A DNA stretch of 64,000 bases from Camelus dromedarius (Eukaryota), in NCBI RefSeq assembly GCF_036321535.1, contig NC_087447.1, forward strand, positions 43,526,001-43,590,000, written 5' to 3'. The notes under the pieces are model-generated. The model had not been told where the DNA came from, did no database searches, and saw only the letters and a list, made by a program, of their open reading frames with translations. The position numbers were made by a program, and so were the translations under genes. Shown here in pieces: positions 35,164 to 49,600 of this stretch (positions within the stretch are counted from its first letter, which is position 1; every line of letters starts with the position of its first letter).

Positions 35164-38100
35164 CTATCCATCTAATGGTGCCTACTGAAATCAGAACCAG
35201 AGGAAATTAAATTGACTGAAATGACCCCAAGTTTAATGTATATACCTAAGCATAACCTAAACACAACCTTATAAATATTTTAAATGATAAATCTGCCTCA
35301 CTTATAGAATACTTTGTGCACACAAAATTTCAATTTCCATGAAAATATTAAAATTGAAGATTTGATTACCTTAGGACTCAGCTATTTTACTCCTATGTAT
35401 ATACCATGGCGTAAGTCTTACCCATGTGCACAGGAGATCTGTAGAAGAATGTTTACCGCACCATTGATTGTAATAACATGAACTGTAAATAACCTAAATG
35501 TTCATAGAAAGACCAGCTCTTGATTTTCCAACCCCATCCCAAATGCACCTCTATTCAGTAATGTCAATCTTAGTAAATACTATCTGCATTTATCCAATTG
35601 ATTGAGCCGGAAAATGTGGTGTTGACTTTGACATCTCTTTCTTACTTGATCCTTTTCCTGGAATAAAAAAAAAATCACATTCTTAGTTATAATAACTGAA
35701 ACCAAGGGATAGAAATTGTCCATGTTCAAGATGAAAGAGCCAAATAGAATTTTTATTATTGTTTTGAGCCAAACATCCTGGATATTTTGCAAAAACTTCT
35801 AGGACTTGTCTCCTATACCATACCTTTTCATACTTGCGGGATTGCATGTTGCAGTAAGAAAATCTAGATATTTTTATGGACCAGGATTAAATGGAAAGTG
35901 AACTGAAACATTTGGGACTTGGACTAATTAAGTTTAAGTTTCATCACTTCTATTAAGCAACAATAGAGCAGTAAGAAGTGGGGGCATATGATGAGAACAG
36001 GAGGAAAGTGTAGTTAGGGAGGTAGGGATAGAGGTAGCCATCTAGGAAAGCTAGAAAATTAGACTGAAAGAAAGGTTAGCATTTCAAAATAATACTCCTT
36101 TACTTTAAAATAGATCACATGATCAAGTGCAAGGGAGAATGTGTTCATTATCCTTAGTCATTCCTGTGACTCCTCTAATTTAAATACCAACATATTCTTA
36201 TGAATAATTTGTTTTTTCAAGAACTTGTATCTTAAGGAGAATTAAGTAAACATACACACATAACTATCAGCAACCACACACGTTTTACTCAATGTTACAT
36301 GTGAATCATGGCAATAGTATACTATATAGCATGACTAGTTACTAGAATTATGTATCTGAATGATCAAGTTCTGGCTCTTTTAACTAGACAAAGACCCAAG
36401 CCAGAAATGAATTTTATATTTTTAAAGAAAATAGATGTATGAAAGACACAAATGTTTTCAAAGTTGTATATGAGTGCCAGCAGGGAAGGCAAAGGGACGT
36501 GCAGAATCCCATGGACTTTGGAGCCATGCAAATCTGAAATCAGTTTCTAGCTCTGCCTCTCACTGTCTCTGAAATCACAGGCAAGTTATAAAAAAAAGTT
36601 TGCTCTTGTTTCCTTACCTGTAAAAAGGAGACAGTTATACATACCTCATGCGGTTCTTGTGTTAAATTATATGAAGTGAGTGAAAACTCCAAACACTGTT
36701 TATGCAACAAATAAATGCTCAGTTACTAATAGTTTGCTTGAAATGATCAACTTGTAATTTCTGGGACATAGGAGAAAATCAAATATGTCTGTGTCCTTAA
36801 AAACGGACAAGTGTGAACTAGTGATACATCTTCTGCAACACTACCAATAGTCTCCAAGGAATTGTTGCTGTACAGCAAGGGCACATTTAAGTGAGGTCTG
36901 TGTCATTGGGGATAAGGCCCAAATCACCTACTTCATTTGTAATTACAAATTAATTATTTTACTTGTTTTGGAAAACCAAACTGAGAATCCACTGGGATAG
37001 AGAAATTACATGTATACATCTGCTGGGACAGATAAATAGCATGTAACATGATTATGTAAAATGTGTGAATAAAATATTTTCTAAATACCCTGAAATTCCA
37101 GTTATTTTTAATTAAATGGAAAAAAACTAAAAATTTCATTTTAATCAAATTGAAAAACATTTTACTATCATTGGAGTTGATGATTAGATCAACATGACTA
37201 ATATGGCTGTGACAATTTGTGGCATTTCTGAAACATGGCTATTATATATTCAGTGGTCCAGATTTTCATGTCACCTATGTTTGGAGATAATTTGGGGTTG
37301 CTGGTACAGTTTAGTTTACAAATATGCATCCAATGGAACCGCAGTATTATTATCAACATAAGTGACATACATTTTTAAATCATATGAATTTTCCATATAT
37401 ATTATAGATTTGCACTAGAACACTTGAGATACACACCTGGCTTGTTGGCAGTAGACATTTCTCATATACACCATCTTCTTTCTCCCCATTGCCAACCCTG
37501 GATCCACCAGCATGTATACTTTCTAGTAGAACAATGAAGCTTGCACTAACACCTTTCTTATGACCTTGTCACACGCAGATGCCACATTGACTAGCAGGTT
37601 GTCAAAGACACATGTCCACAATTGATTCTGGCTGTGTTCTTGAACCACAGCCACATAACAGAACATTCTCTAGGTTGAAGGTCAGTTTCCTTTGGTTCTG
37701 GGCTTGAGGGAGCCTATAGATCAGTAGCCATCAGAACAAAGCTAAGCCTGATAATCCACATTAGGAGGCTTGAACAGCTCACACATCTCAACTCCAACAA
37801 GTCAGGAAATGGACCTGCTGCAAGGTTCCATCTGTCGCAGAAAGACACAGCTCCTTTAGGTTCTAAGGAAGCCCAACTGTGACTAATGAATGATACAAAA
37901 CCTTTCCAGATGACGTCTGGGAGAATTCAATTCCCTTCACCCCTGCCATCCTCCTAACATTTTGTTTATGCCATTTGATTAATGCCCATTATAGCTTTGG
38001 ATCTTATTCTTTCCCTAGTGTGGAAGTGCAGTGTCTATGACTAACAATTTTTGTATCCCTCTTTAACGGTGCAGTGTTGGGAATATAGAAGGCACTAAGT

Positions 38101-38569
38101 AGATTTTGTTAAATTAGTGTTAAACAATTTAAAAAAATCTTTCTATGTAGCAGACACTGTGCTATGACTTAGAGATAGATTTCTATCTTTACCCGACTAC
38201 AAACTGTTGTATAGCTGTATTCATCACTCCACCCTCTTCCAATGGAAGACTAACTTCTAGTCATCTTAGGTCTTGGGTTTAAATTTATTTCACTATTGAA
38301 ATCTTCTCTTCACACTAGACTGAGTCATATTCTCCTGGTGAACAATTTCAAAGAACCTTGAAATACGTTTTGTACTTACATACTTTTAATTATATAGGCA
38401 CTGGAGCAAATAATTGCATAATGTATTTTTACGTACCATCCTACAATTCCCACAAGGGAGGGATCGCCTCTGCCTTGTTCAACACTATTCTTAGAACATT
38501 ACAGAGTGCCTGGTACATAGCAGTACTAAATGAATGAATGAACAAGTGAATAAATGAATGATCTATTTT

Positions 38570-41500
38570 TTGGTATTTATTTTATTGTGGTAAGAGCACT
38601 TAGCATGAGACTTGTCCTCTTAATAGGTTTTTAAGTGTACAATACACTATTGTTAACTATAGGTATGGTGTTCTACAGCAGATCTCTAGAACTTATTCAT
38701 CTTTTTTAATCCTTATTTTTATTGAAGTAGTCAATTTACAATATTAGTTTCAGCTGTACAGCAAAGTGGTTCAGTTATACATATACATACATATATTTTT
38801 TCAGATTTTTTCCATTACAGAACATTACAAGAAATTGAATATAGTTCCCTGTGCTATACAGTAAGTCCTTGTTGTTTATCTGTTTTATATATAGTAGTGT
38901 GTATCTGTTAATCCCAAACTGTTAATATATCCCTCCTCTCCCCTTTCCCCTTGGGAATCACAGTTTATTTTCTATGACCATGAGTCTATTTCTGGCTTGT
39001 AAATAAAATTTGTAACTTTTTTTGATTCCACATAGAAGCAACATTATATAATATTTGTCCTTCTCTGTCTGAGTTACTTCATTTAATATGATAACCTCTA
39101 GGTCCATCCATGTTGCTGCACATGGCATTATTTCATTATTTTCATGGCTGAGTAGATCTTATTCACCTTGCTTAAATGAAACTTTATGCCTGTTGGTTAG
39201 CAACTCCTCATTTCAATCTAACCTCAACCCCTGGCAACCATCATTCCACTCCTGAGTCTATGAATTCAACTATTTTAGATACCTTGTAAAGTGGAATCAT
39301 GTGGTACTGTCCTCCTGTGACTGGCTTATTTTTACTTAGCACAGTGTTCTCCAGGTCCATCTATGTTGTCACATATTGAAGAATTTCTTTCTTTTTTTTA
39401 AGACCATAATATTCCACATCTTGGCTATTGTGACTAGTGCTACAATGAACATGGGAGTGCTAATCAGTACCTCTTTGAGGTCTTTTAGGTAAATATCTAG
39501 AGGTTAGGTTAGTGGATCATATGGTAGTTCTATTTTTAATTATTTGAGGAAACGTCATACTGTTGTCCATAGCAACTGCAGCATTTTGCATTCCCAGCAA
39601 AATTGTACAAAAGTTTTTTTTTCCCTTTCTCCACATCCTTGCATACACTTGTCTTTTTTTTTTCTTTTTTTGTAATAGCCATCCTGATATATGTGAAATG
39701 GTATCTCATTGTGGTTTTGATTTGCATTTACTTGATGATTAGTGATGTTGAGCACTTTTTCATATACCTGTTGGCCATTTCTGTGTCTTTGGAGAAATGT
39801 CTGTTTAAGTCTTTGTCCATTTTTAAATTGACTTACTAGTTTTTATGCTGTAGTTATATGAGTTCCTTATACATTTTGGAAATTAACCCCTTATCAGAAA
39901 GATAGTTTGAAAATATTTTCTCTTATTCTATAGTTGCCTTTTGACTCTGTTGATTGTTTCCATTGCTTTGCAGAAGCTTTTTAGTTTAATGTAACCCCAC
40001 TTGTCTATTTTTGTTTTTATTGCCTATACTTTTGGTGAGATATCAAAGAAATCATTGCCAAGACCAATGACATGAATCTTCTCCCCTATGTTTTCTTCTA
40101 GAGGTTTTATTCTTACAATTTTAGGTCTTACATTTAAGTCTTTAATCTGAGTTAATCTTGTCTTTATTTTAAGATAATTGTCAATTTTATTCTCTTGCAT
40201 GTGGATATCCAGTTTCCCCAGCATCATTTATTGAAGAGGATATCCTTTCCCCACTGTATATTCTTGAAGTGATTGTCAAAAATTACTTGACTGTATATGC
40301 ATGAGTTTATTTTTGCTCACTATTCTATTCATTGATCTGTATTGTGTCTTTATGCCAGTACCATACTGTTTTAAGCACTGTAACTTTGTAATATAGTTTG
40401 GAATCAGCAAGTGTGATGCCTACAGCTTTATCCTTTTTTTCTCAAGATTATTTTTGGCTATTTGGGTTTATTTGTGGTTCTATATATGAACTTTAGAATT
40501 ATTTTTTATACTTCTGTAAGAGAAATTCCATTGGGGTTTTGATGTGGATGCATTGAATCTACTTTGGATAGAATGGATATTTTAGAAATATTAAATCTTC
40601 AAACCCAAGAATACAAAATGTGTTTACATTTGTTTGAGTTTTGTTTAATTTCTTTTATCAATATTTTGTTGTTTTAGTATACAAATCTTTCATTTCTTCA
40701 GTTAAGTTTATTTCTTGGTATTTTTTTCTTTTTGGTGTTATTGTAAATGGGATTGTTTCCTAATTTCCTTTTCAGATCACTGTTATTGTATAGAAATGAA
40801 AATAATTTTTATAGTTGATTTTGTATCTTGCAACTTTATTGAATTTGTTTATTAGTTTTAGCAGTTTTTTGATGACATTTTTTGAGTTTTCTCTATATAA
40901 AATCATACTGTCTGCAAACAGGGACAATTTTAATTCTTCTTTTTGATCTGGATGCTTTTGTTTTTCCTTGTCTAATTGCCCTGGCTAAGGCTCCAATACT
41001 ATGTTGAACAGATGTGGCAAGTTTGAACATTGTTCAGGGAACTATATTCAATATCTTGTAGTAACCTATAATGAAAAAGAATATGAAAATGAATATATGT
41101 ATGTATATGTATGACTGAACTATTATGCTGTACACCCAAAATTGACACAACATTGTAAACTGACTACATCAAGAAAAGAAAAAAAGATTGAACATTGCTG
41201 CCTTGTTTCTGATCTTAGAGGAAAATCTTGTGCTGAAATTTCCAGGGAGGGTCATTAGGATAGTCATGAAGAGGTTGGCTCTTGTGGTGTTTTTGTATGG
41301 ATTTGTTTTTGAGGTGATGCTGTACTCTTAAAATGAATTTGAAGGTGATCTCTCTTACTCTGTTTTTTGGAAGAGTTTAAGTAGAATTAGAATTAATTCT
41401 TCTTTGATTGTTTAATAGAATTTACCCATGAAGCAAATTGTCTTGGACCTTTCTCTGTTGTGAAGTTTTTGATTACTGATTCAATCTCTTTGTATGTTAT

Positions 41501-43170
41501 TGGCCTGTTTGAGCTTTCTTTTTCTCTTTATTTCCCAGATTTATTGAGATATTATAGACCTATAAATATGTAAGTTTAAGATGTACAGTGTGATAGTTTG
41601 AGACACATATATATTTCAAAATGGTTACCACAATATGGTTAATTAACACCTCTGGCCCCTTGCATAATTATCTTTTTTGTGTGTATGTGATGAGAACATT
41701 TAAGTTCTGCTCTCTTAACAATTTTCAAGTATGTAATACAGTGCTGTTAACTAGAGTCGCCATGCTCCACATAAGATCCCCAGAACTTACTCATCTTCTG
41801 GCTGGAAGTCTGTATCCTTTGGCCAACACCTTACTATTCCCCCCTACACCCAGTCCCTGACAACCTCTTTCTACTCTCTATTTCTATTAATTTTTTTCAA
41901 TTCCACATATAAGTGAGAACATACAGTATTTGTCTTTCTCCATCTGACTTATTTCACTTAACATAATGCCCTCAAGTTCCATCCATGTTGTCCCAAAAGG
42001 CAGGATGTCTTTTTATGGCTGAATAATATTCCATTGTGTTTGTGTTTGTGTACACATTATGATATTTATATCAGATATTCTTTATCCATTCTTCTGTTGA
42101 TGGACACTTAGTTTACTTTCAAGTCTTCAATATTGTGAATAATGCTGCAATAAGCATGGGAAGGCATGTATCCCTTTGAGATAATGTTTCCATTTCCTTC
42201 AGATGTATGTACAGAAGTGGGATTGCTGGATCATATGGTAGTTCTATTTTAACTTTCTATTTCTTCTCTATCCAATCTTAATAGGTCATACGTTTCTAGA
42301 AATTTATGCATTTCTTTTGGGCTATCCAGTTCGTTCACACATAATTGTTTATATAATCCCTTATGATACTTTTTACTTCTGAGGCATCTATTTAATGTTT
42401 CTAATTTCATTTATCTAATATGTGATCAGTCCTGAAGAATGTGTTTCCTTTTGCTGTTTGGTAAAAAGTCCTGTATATATCAGTTAGTTTCATTTGATCT
42501 ATAGTGTTCAAATCCACTATTTCTTCATTGATCTTCTGTCTGGATGTTCTATCCATTATTGAAATTGAGGTATTTAAATATCCTACCGTAATTATATTGT
42601 CATCAATTTCTCCTTTCAGATCTATCAATATTTGTTTCCTATAATTAGGTGTTTTGATGTTGAGAGTATTTATATTTACAATTTTATGTTTCCTGTTGAA
42701 TAATCCTTTTATCATTAAGTAATAATATTCTTTGTTTCTAGAGACAAAGTCTTTTTGACTTAAAGTCTTCTTTGTGTGGTATTAGCAGAGCCACTAAAGT
42801 GAGTTTCTTATAAATAGCATACAGTTGGATCTTCATTTTTAAATTTATTCAGCTATTCTGTGTCTTTATTGGGGAGTTTAGTCCATTTACATTTAAGGTG
42901 GTTATTGATGGAGGATTTACTATTTCCATTCTTTAACTATTTTTGGTTTATCTGATAGTTATTTTGTCCCACTTTTTCTGTCTTACTGTCTTTCTTTGTC
43001 TCATTGTGTGTGTGTGTTTGTGTGTTTAATTGATATTGATTCCTTTCTCTTTTTCTTTTGTAAGTATTTTATAGTATTTTCTTTGTGGTAACTAAGGAAC
43101 TTATATGAAATTTCTTATAGTTATAACAGTCTATTTTTAAGCTGATAATATCTTTACTATAAAAATTGAC
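38570..43170 (-). mobile_element. Long antisense L1 (3'UTR to ORF2 EN) with nested younger L1 3' ends
   Basis: ORFs 39536-39727 ([10 protein letters not shown]) and 42407-42715 (EN-like); nested inserts at ~38705-39155, ~41035-41190 and ~41535-42255. Confidence 0.85.
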
Positions 43171-43199
43171 CACAAATTCAGTCTTAAAATTTTTTTAGG

Positions 43200-44200
43200 C
43201 ATTTAAATGTTTCAGAGCATGTCTTTTGTCAATAATATAACTTGAACATTCCCAAAATTATGGAAAATAAACAACATATTTGTAAATAATACAAAAGTCA
43301 AGAAAGAAATCATGATAAGAATTAGATGTGTTAGCTAGATTAGATATTAGCTAAAATATAACATATTAAATCTTATTGGACACTGCTAATGCAATGACTA
43401 TAAGGAAATTTTGCATATTGCAAAAAAAAGAATGCAAACTATTATGTAAGTGTCTTTCTCAAGCCTTCTCAAGAATTTAAATAAAAAACTTTTAATTAAA
43501 CCCCCCAAAAGAAGAAAATAATAGAGATGAATATACATTTATAAAATAGAAAATTGATGTACAGTACAGAAAAGCACAAATCAAAATTTCATCCTTTAAA
43601 AGTGCTAATAAAATTGATAAACCACTAAGGCTTATTAATAAGATATATAGAAAAAAAACTCAAAAAAGATATGTAGAAAGTGCAATATTGGAATGAAATG
43701 GGAACAACATTATAAATCCTACAGAAAGTAAAAATAAGATATAATTTTGAAATATAAAGGAATTGGAAAACCACTTGGAAGAATATCTTACCAAAAATGA
43801 CAAGAAAGAAATTGAGAAACTGAATATTCCTTTTTTCATTAATAAAAGTGAGTCTTATAGTGAAAAACTTTCCCACAAAAATGGAAGGCCCAGATGGCTT
43901 TACTGTTGAAGTTTTACAAATATCACAGATATAAATATCACTAATCCTGTAAAATGTTCTTCTGAGAAAAGACAACAAACACTTTCCGAATCATTTTTAT
44001 ATTTTAATACTCCCACCTGAAAACTTCATTTCAAGAATGGAAAATGTTAAGCCAAATTCTCTCATGCACATGGATGCAAACATCCTAAACCAAATAATTA
44101 GCAAATCAAACCTAGTGGTAATAAAATGGATAAAAAAGCAACTAAAGTTGTGTTTATTCCAGAAAATCTAGATTGATTTAACATTCACAACTTAATCAAA
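43200..44200 (+). mobile_element. Old L1 ORF2 fragment
   Basis: aggcccagatggctttactgttgaagtttta; gatgcaaacatcctaaacc. Confidence 0.7.
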
Positions 44201-45199
44201 GTGGTACTTACATCTTTGAATTAGGATGTAGAAGGATATGAAAAACCTTTCATCATATGGTAACAGGACAAATCTCAATGAAATGAAAATCACACTCATA
44301 TAGTCAATGAACCAGGAGTAGAGGATTCAAGAAAGCCTTGATGAACTGACATCCACATAGCCGAGCAGAGAAATGTGGCAGTTTGCCTACCTGCGGTCTT
44401 GTCTGTCTTACAGAGACACTTTGAAGGGATGAGAATGAATCAGCCAGTTCTTGGATGACAATGTAAATTGTCTGGACAGATAGAAATTTGGAAGAAACCC
44501 AAATGCAAAAACAAATCATTTCACCCCAAAATTCCCTTCTCTTATGCTACAATGATTTTTCCTAGAAAGCAGCAGCAGAGGAGGAGCTAGCAATAAAAGA
44601 GAAACCACTTAGTCCCGCACAGCCTCACAGTAAATAGATGTGTGGACTTTGCCTTTACTGAATTCTTAGATGAAACAAAAATATCTAAAATTGCTGCTCA
44701 GTCCTGAGTTTCAGAAGTATAAAGCCTCTAGAAGATAAAATAGAGAATGTCTTTATGACCTTGGATTAGGCAAAGATATCTTGAAGTTTCACTAAAACAT
44801 TAAACATTAAAGAAAACATTGATAAATTAGATCATTTTAATTAAAAATTTTTGTTCATCAAGGATACAGTTAAGAGAGTGACACAGCATACTTCAAAGGG
44901 AGGGTATACCTTTAATGTATAAATCTGACAAAAGGACTTGAAGATAGATTATAACAACAAATCAGTAAGAAAAGTACAATCTGAGAATAAAATTGACAAA
45001 AGACCTGACAATACATTATACAAAAAAAGGACATATGAGTAGCTGATAAATAGATTTTTAAATGCTCAACGTAAGAGGCCCAGGGACATGAAAGTGAACA
45101 CTGCCTGTTTATTTCATTGTAAAAAATGATGTCTAACCTGGAATCTATGGTGTTATCCTTTCTGAAAACTGTGGATACATAACTTCGTCTACCAGAGTA

Positions 45200-45639
45200 C
45201 TGAGTTACGGGGACTTCTTTAAGCCAGCTCCTTCCAGTTTGTCTTCATATCCTGGACCAGCCCTTGTGGTTCTTACTGCAAGATGCACTTAGCAATAACC
45301 ATCAGGAAATTTTGAAAGAGACAAGGCGGATTACTTACAAGTCCTGGAAGTTATACAGCTGGGGCCACACAGGGTCATGGAATAGAGAGAGAGAGAGATA
45401 TTAGGGTTCTGCTTTATTAGGGTTGAGGGTGGGGGCCTAGGGTTTCATACCCTCACTCTTTATTGGTGACTTAAAAATATAAGAGCAGAAATTTACAGCA
45501 TGGGAAGAGAAAATACAAGTGGTCTGAATGGTCAGTTATCTAAGGAGATGTGGGGTTGGGGGCAACTTGGCTCTTTATCTAGTTATGTGACTGGCACTGT
45601 TTATTCAAGATACCTGCCTTTGAAGTGGATGTCCTCGCA
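45200..45639 (-). mobile_element. LTR-like element (ERVL MER54/73/74-like, tentative) overlapping the OR stop codon
   Basis: Minus strand starts TGCGAGG at 45639; CCAAT, AATAAA (~45413-45418), (CT)n, ggacttgtaagtaat; no TSD found. Confidence 0.5.
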
Positions 45640-46561
45640 TGCTAGCCATCAATTTTCTCATGGCCTCTTTCACCTCTTTGTTCCTCAGACTGTAGATGAG
45701 GGGGTTCAACATGGGGATCACCACTGTGTAGAAGACGGACACCACTTTAATATGGTCAGGTGAATGGCTTGACTTCGGTATGACATAAACAAATGTGACT
45801 GTCCCATAAAGCAGAGTGACTGCAGTGAGGTGGGAAGTACAAGTAGAGAAAGCCTTGTGCCTTCCCTCTGTTGAGTGCATCTTCAGGATCGAGTGGAGGA
45901 TGTACAGATATGAAACAGTTATGGTAAACAGTGTGATTACAATGATTGACCCAGCTGAGATGGCAGGAGATATTTCAGCAACATAAATATGGGTACATGA
46001 GAGCTTCACTAGTGGTGGAAGGTCGCAGAAGAAATGATTGATTTTATTCGGTCCACAGAAAGTCAAGCTCAGTAAACATCCAGTAAATGATGAAGCATTT
46101 GCACATCCTCCCAGATAGGAAGCAACCAATAAGACGATGCAGACGCTGGGAGACATGTGTATAGAGTAGAGGAGTGGGAAGCAGATGGCCACGTAGCGAT
46201 CATAGGCCATGGCTGCCAGCAGGAAGCACTCAGCTGTTCCAAAGATAACATCAGAGCCAAGCTGGGCTATGCAGCCAACGACAGGGATGGTAGTTCCTTT
46301 TTTTAGGAAACTCACAATCATAATAGGTGTGACTGATGAGGAGTACCCAATGTCCACAAAGGCCAAATGGCTGAGGAAAAGGTACATCGGGGTGTGAAGC
46401 TGAGGGCTTCTTCGGATTAATATAATTATGCTGACATTGCCTAATATGGTAGCAATATAGATTCCTAGAAAAACCACAAAGAAGATGGAACAAAGTGTAG
46501 GATGCTCTGTTAACCCCAAAATAATGAATTCTGTTACCATTGTTTGGTTTCCAGTCTTCAT
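45605..46561 (-). CDS. Olfactory receptor, family 5 subfamily P (OR5P3/OR5P4-like), 318 aa
   Basis: Full OR motif set; closest in-window paralog is 34225-35163. Confidence 0.95.
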   Translation of the reverse strand: MKTGNQTMVTEFIILGLTEHPTLCSIFFVVFLGIYIATILGNVSIIILIRRSPQLHTPMYLFLSHLAFVDIGYSSSVTPIMIVSFLKKGTTIPVVGCIAQLGSDVIFGTAECFLLAAMAYDRYVAICFPLLYSIHMSPSVCIVLLVASYLGGCANASSFTGCLLSLTFCGPNKINHFFCDLPPLVKLSCTHIYVAEISPAISAGSIIVITLFTITVSYLYILHSILKMHSTEGRHKAFSTCTSHLTAVTLLYGTVTFVYVIPKSSHSPDHIKVVSVFYTVVIPMLNPLIYSLRNKEVKEAMRKLMASMRGHPLQRQVS

Positions 46562-47454
46562 CTTATTTGGAATGATGCCTATTGAAATAAAAACCAGTGG
46601 GTATTAGAATAAATTAAATGGTCTCATAATTAATATACTTACTTTACCAGCCAACCTGTCAGAAAATCAACACATTGATCTCTCTACACTTTACAACATA
46701 TTTCCAAATATATTTACATTGTGCATGATTTGAGAATATTAATGTCCATTATCTTAAGGCAAAGATACTCACAAAGGGACCATTGACTCAGAGCAGAACA
46801 CAGTTGGCGCTCACATTTGCATCATTTGATCAGTTCAGGTGGTTGAATGAACACTTACAGCAATGATGTTTTGGGAATTTGATGAGAACCAGAAGTCAAA
46901 TTCCCCTCGCAGTTAGGTAAGAATGTGAATAGTACATGCCAATGGGCTATGAGAGGAAATGCTTTGTTTCTCTTCTGGATCAAATTAAATTACCAGTGGA
47001 CAACTCTCTCTTCCTCTTCCACAGTGACATATTCTGCATGATACAATTATAAGATAATGGAATTTCCTATCAGCCTGGGATTTGAGGGAATATGGAGAAC
47101 AGAGAGCATACTGGAAGCAAGAAATAAATCTATGTTGTGTTAGACCACACTGAGTTGCCAGGGTTAATTTGTGAGAAGAACATAACATCACCTACCCTGA
47201 TTAATATAATTATGGATTGGCTGTAATGGAAGCTATCTGTAGAGTTTAATCCCAAGAGCATTGTGAGAAATAAATCCACTGTGGATCATTAGTTGTAATT
47301 TAGGCATTGTGCAGACCTAACAAAATCAGACATTTCATAATCAAGTATGAAAATGTTGTATATTAGAATATGTTGACAAGATGCCTACATGCATATGTTG
47401 TGCCGTCCACATGAGATCAAAAGAGTAATACTTAAATGAAAAAAATACCAAAAA

Positions 47455-48330
47455 GTCATTTCACCATACAAATGATCAACAGGCACATGAAAAAATGCTC
47501 AGTATCACTAATTATCAGAGAAATGCAAATCAAAACTATGATGAGTTATCACCTCACACCAGCCAGAAAGGCCATCATTCAAAAGTCCACAAATGACATA
47601 TGCTGGAGAGGCTGTGGAGGAAAGGGAACCTTCTACACTGCTGGTAGTTTGGTGCAGCCACTGTGGAAAACAGTATGGAGATTCCTCAAAAGACTAGGAA
47701 TAGACTTACCATATGGTCCAGTAATCCTGCTCCTGGGCATATGTCCAGAAGGAACCCTACTTCAAAAATACACCTGCACCCCAAAGTTCATAGTAGCACT
47801 ATTTACAATAGCCAAGACATGGAGACAGCCTAAATGTCCATCAACAGATGACTGGATAAAGAAGATGTGGTATATTTCTACAAGGGAATACTATTCAGCC
47901 ATAAAAATGACAACATAATGCCATTTGCAGCAACATAGATGCTCCTGGAGAATGTCATTCTAAGTGAAGTAAGCCAGAAAGAGAAAGAAAAATACCATAT
48001 GAGATTGCTCATATGTGGAATCTAAAAAACAAAAACAAACAAAGCATAAATACAAAACAGAAACAGACTTATAGACATAGAATACAAACTTGTGGTTGCC
48101 AAGGGGGTGGAGGGTGGGAAGGGATAGACAGGATTTCAAAATTGTAGACTAGGTAAACAAGATTATACTGTATAGCACAGGGAAATATACACAAGATCTT
48201 ATGGTAGCTCACAGAGAAAAAAATGTGACAATGAATATATATATGTTCATGTATAACTGAAAAATTGTGCTCTACACTGGAATTTGACACAACATTGTAA
48301 AATGATTATAAATCAATAAAAAAAAAATAA
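47455..48330 (+). mobile_element. Young lineage-specific L1, 5'-truncated, with A tail
   Basis: ORF2 C-terminus ([20 protein letters not shown]) plus 3'UTR and poly-A. Confidence 0.9.
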
Positions 48331-49329
48331 GAAGCCAGACCACTGAAAAAGCTAGTACCAAAGAGTGAAAAAAATCAACGAATACTATCAATTATCAAAT
48401 AATACTTCAGAAGTGCTACTATCAAATATCAGAAGCCTACTACTTGAGGGGGAAGAAACGTCATTGTTTTTTAAAGGAACAAAGTTAATCATGTGTAGAC
48501 TCTTGAATTGCCAACTGGAACATTTTCTACTTTTTAAAAGATTCCAACATTAAAATTCTTCTTTTACTAAGTATACAGGTAAATAACTACCAATACACTA
48601 TTCTTACCCAATTCTTACTTGACTATGAAAAACTTGTATCTTTGAAGTGATGATTAAGCCAGTGCTCTTAATCAATTGCTCATATGAATTAACTTGTTAC
48701 AATAATGTAAGAAAGCTAAGTCTCTGGCTTCATTAATTAGTCATAGGATTGTGTCAGAAGTTCAAAAGACACAAATCTGGAATAAATTTTATATTTTTAT
48801 AAGAAATATATACATGGAAGACTCAAATGAATTCAGAACATGACATGAATGCCAGTGTGACATGGAAAACATGACGTACAGTGCTGAGGTGAAAAGAAAA
48901 GATTTCAGAGCCAAAAGCTCTAAGGATAAATTCCAGGTCTGCCACTTACTGACTAGGTGATCTTGGAAAAGTTACATAACCCCTCTGAGACTCAATTTCC
49001 TTATTTCAAAAATTGAGATAATAGTAACATTTACCTCCAATTGTCACTGTGTTGAATGGTATATGTTAATATATCTAGCAATGAATGGCAATGAGTGGAT
49101 GATCCATAAATAAGAATCCCTTCAAATAAGCAACTATAGCTTCCACTACAAGTGCAAAGGGTACTTATAAATCGATAACAATGAATGACTGTTACCTGCT
49201 GGTCTAATATTATGATGGAGACAAATTCCAGGAATCACCTTTGTACAACAGGGCTTATTTTTGCAGGATTTAGGACCATTTGAAATGTAAAACCAGAAGT
49301 ACCTTGGCATCAGACGTGCACAGGTTTGT

Positions 49330-49600
49330 TAACATTTAATTGAAAATCCAATGGGAGAAAATCCATTGAGATTAAGAAAACTAGGTGTGTTTACATATTC
49401 CTACACCATTGTGCTGGCTGAGATATTTATTAAGGTCTCAGGGGCTTCATTTAGTCTCTTCATTATTTTTATACAATTATTATAATTGCAAAAATCTAAT
49501 TAGGTTTGAAACTTGATTTGGACCAACATAACTAATATGGGCTATGCTGTGATCATCTGAGACATCCCTGAGACGCAGTCATGACCCGGTGCCTGAAAAT
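49330..49600 (-). promoter_or_regulatory. Candidate OR promoter/enhancer with O/E (Ebf) and homeodomain (Lhx2) sites
   Basis: TCTCAGGGG-CTTCATTTAG (49436-49454), TTCATTA, TAATTG, CTAATTAG, TCCCTGAGA (~49565); homologous block upstream of the 34225-35163 OR at ~36975-37245. Confidence 0.4.
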
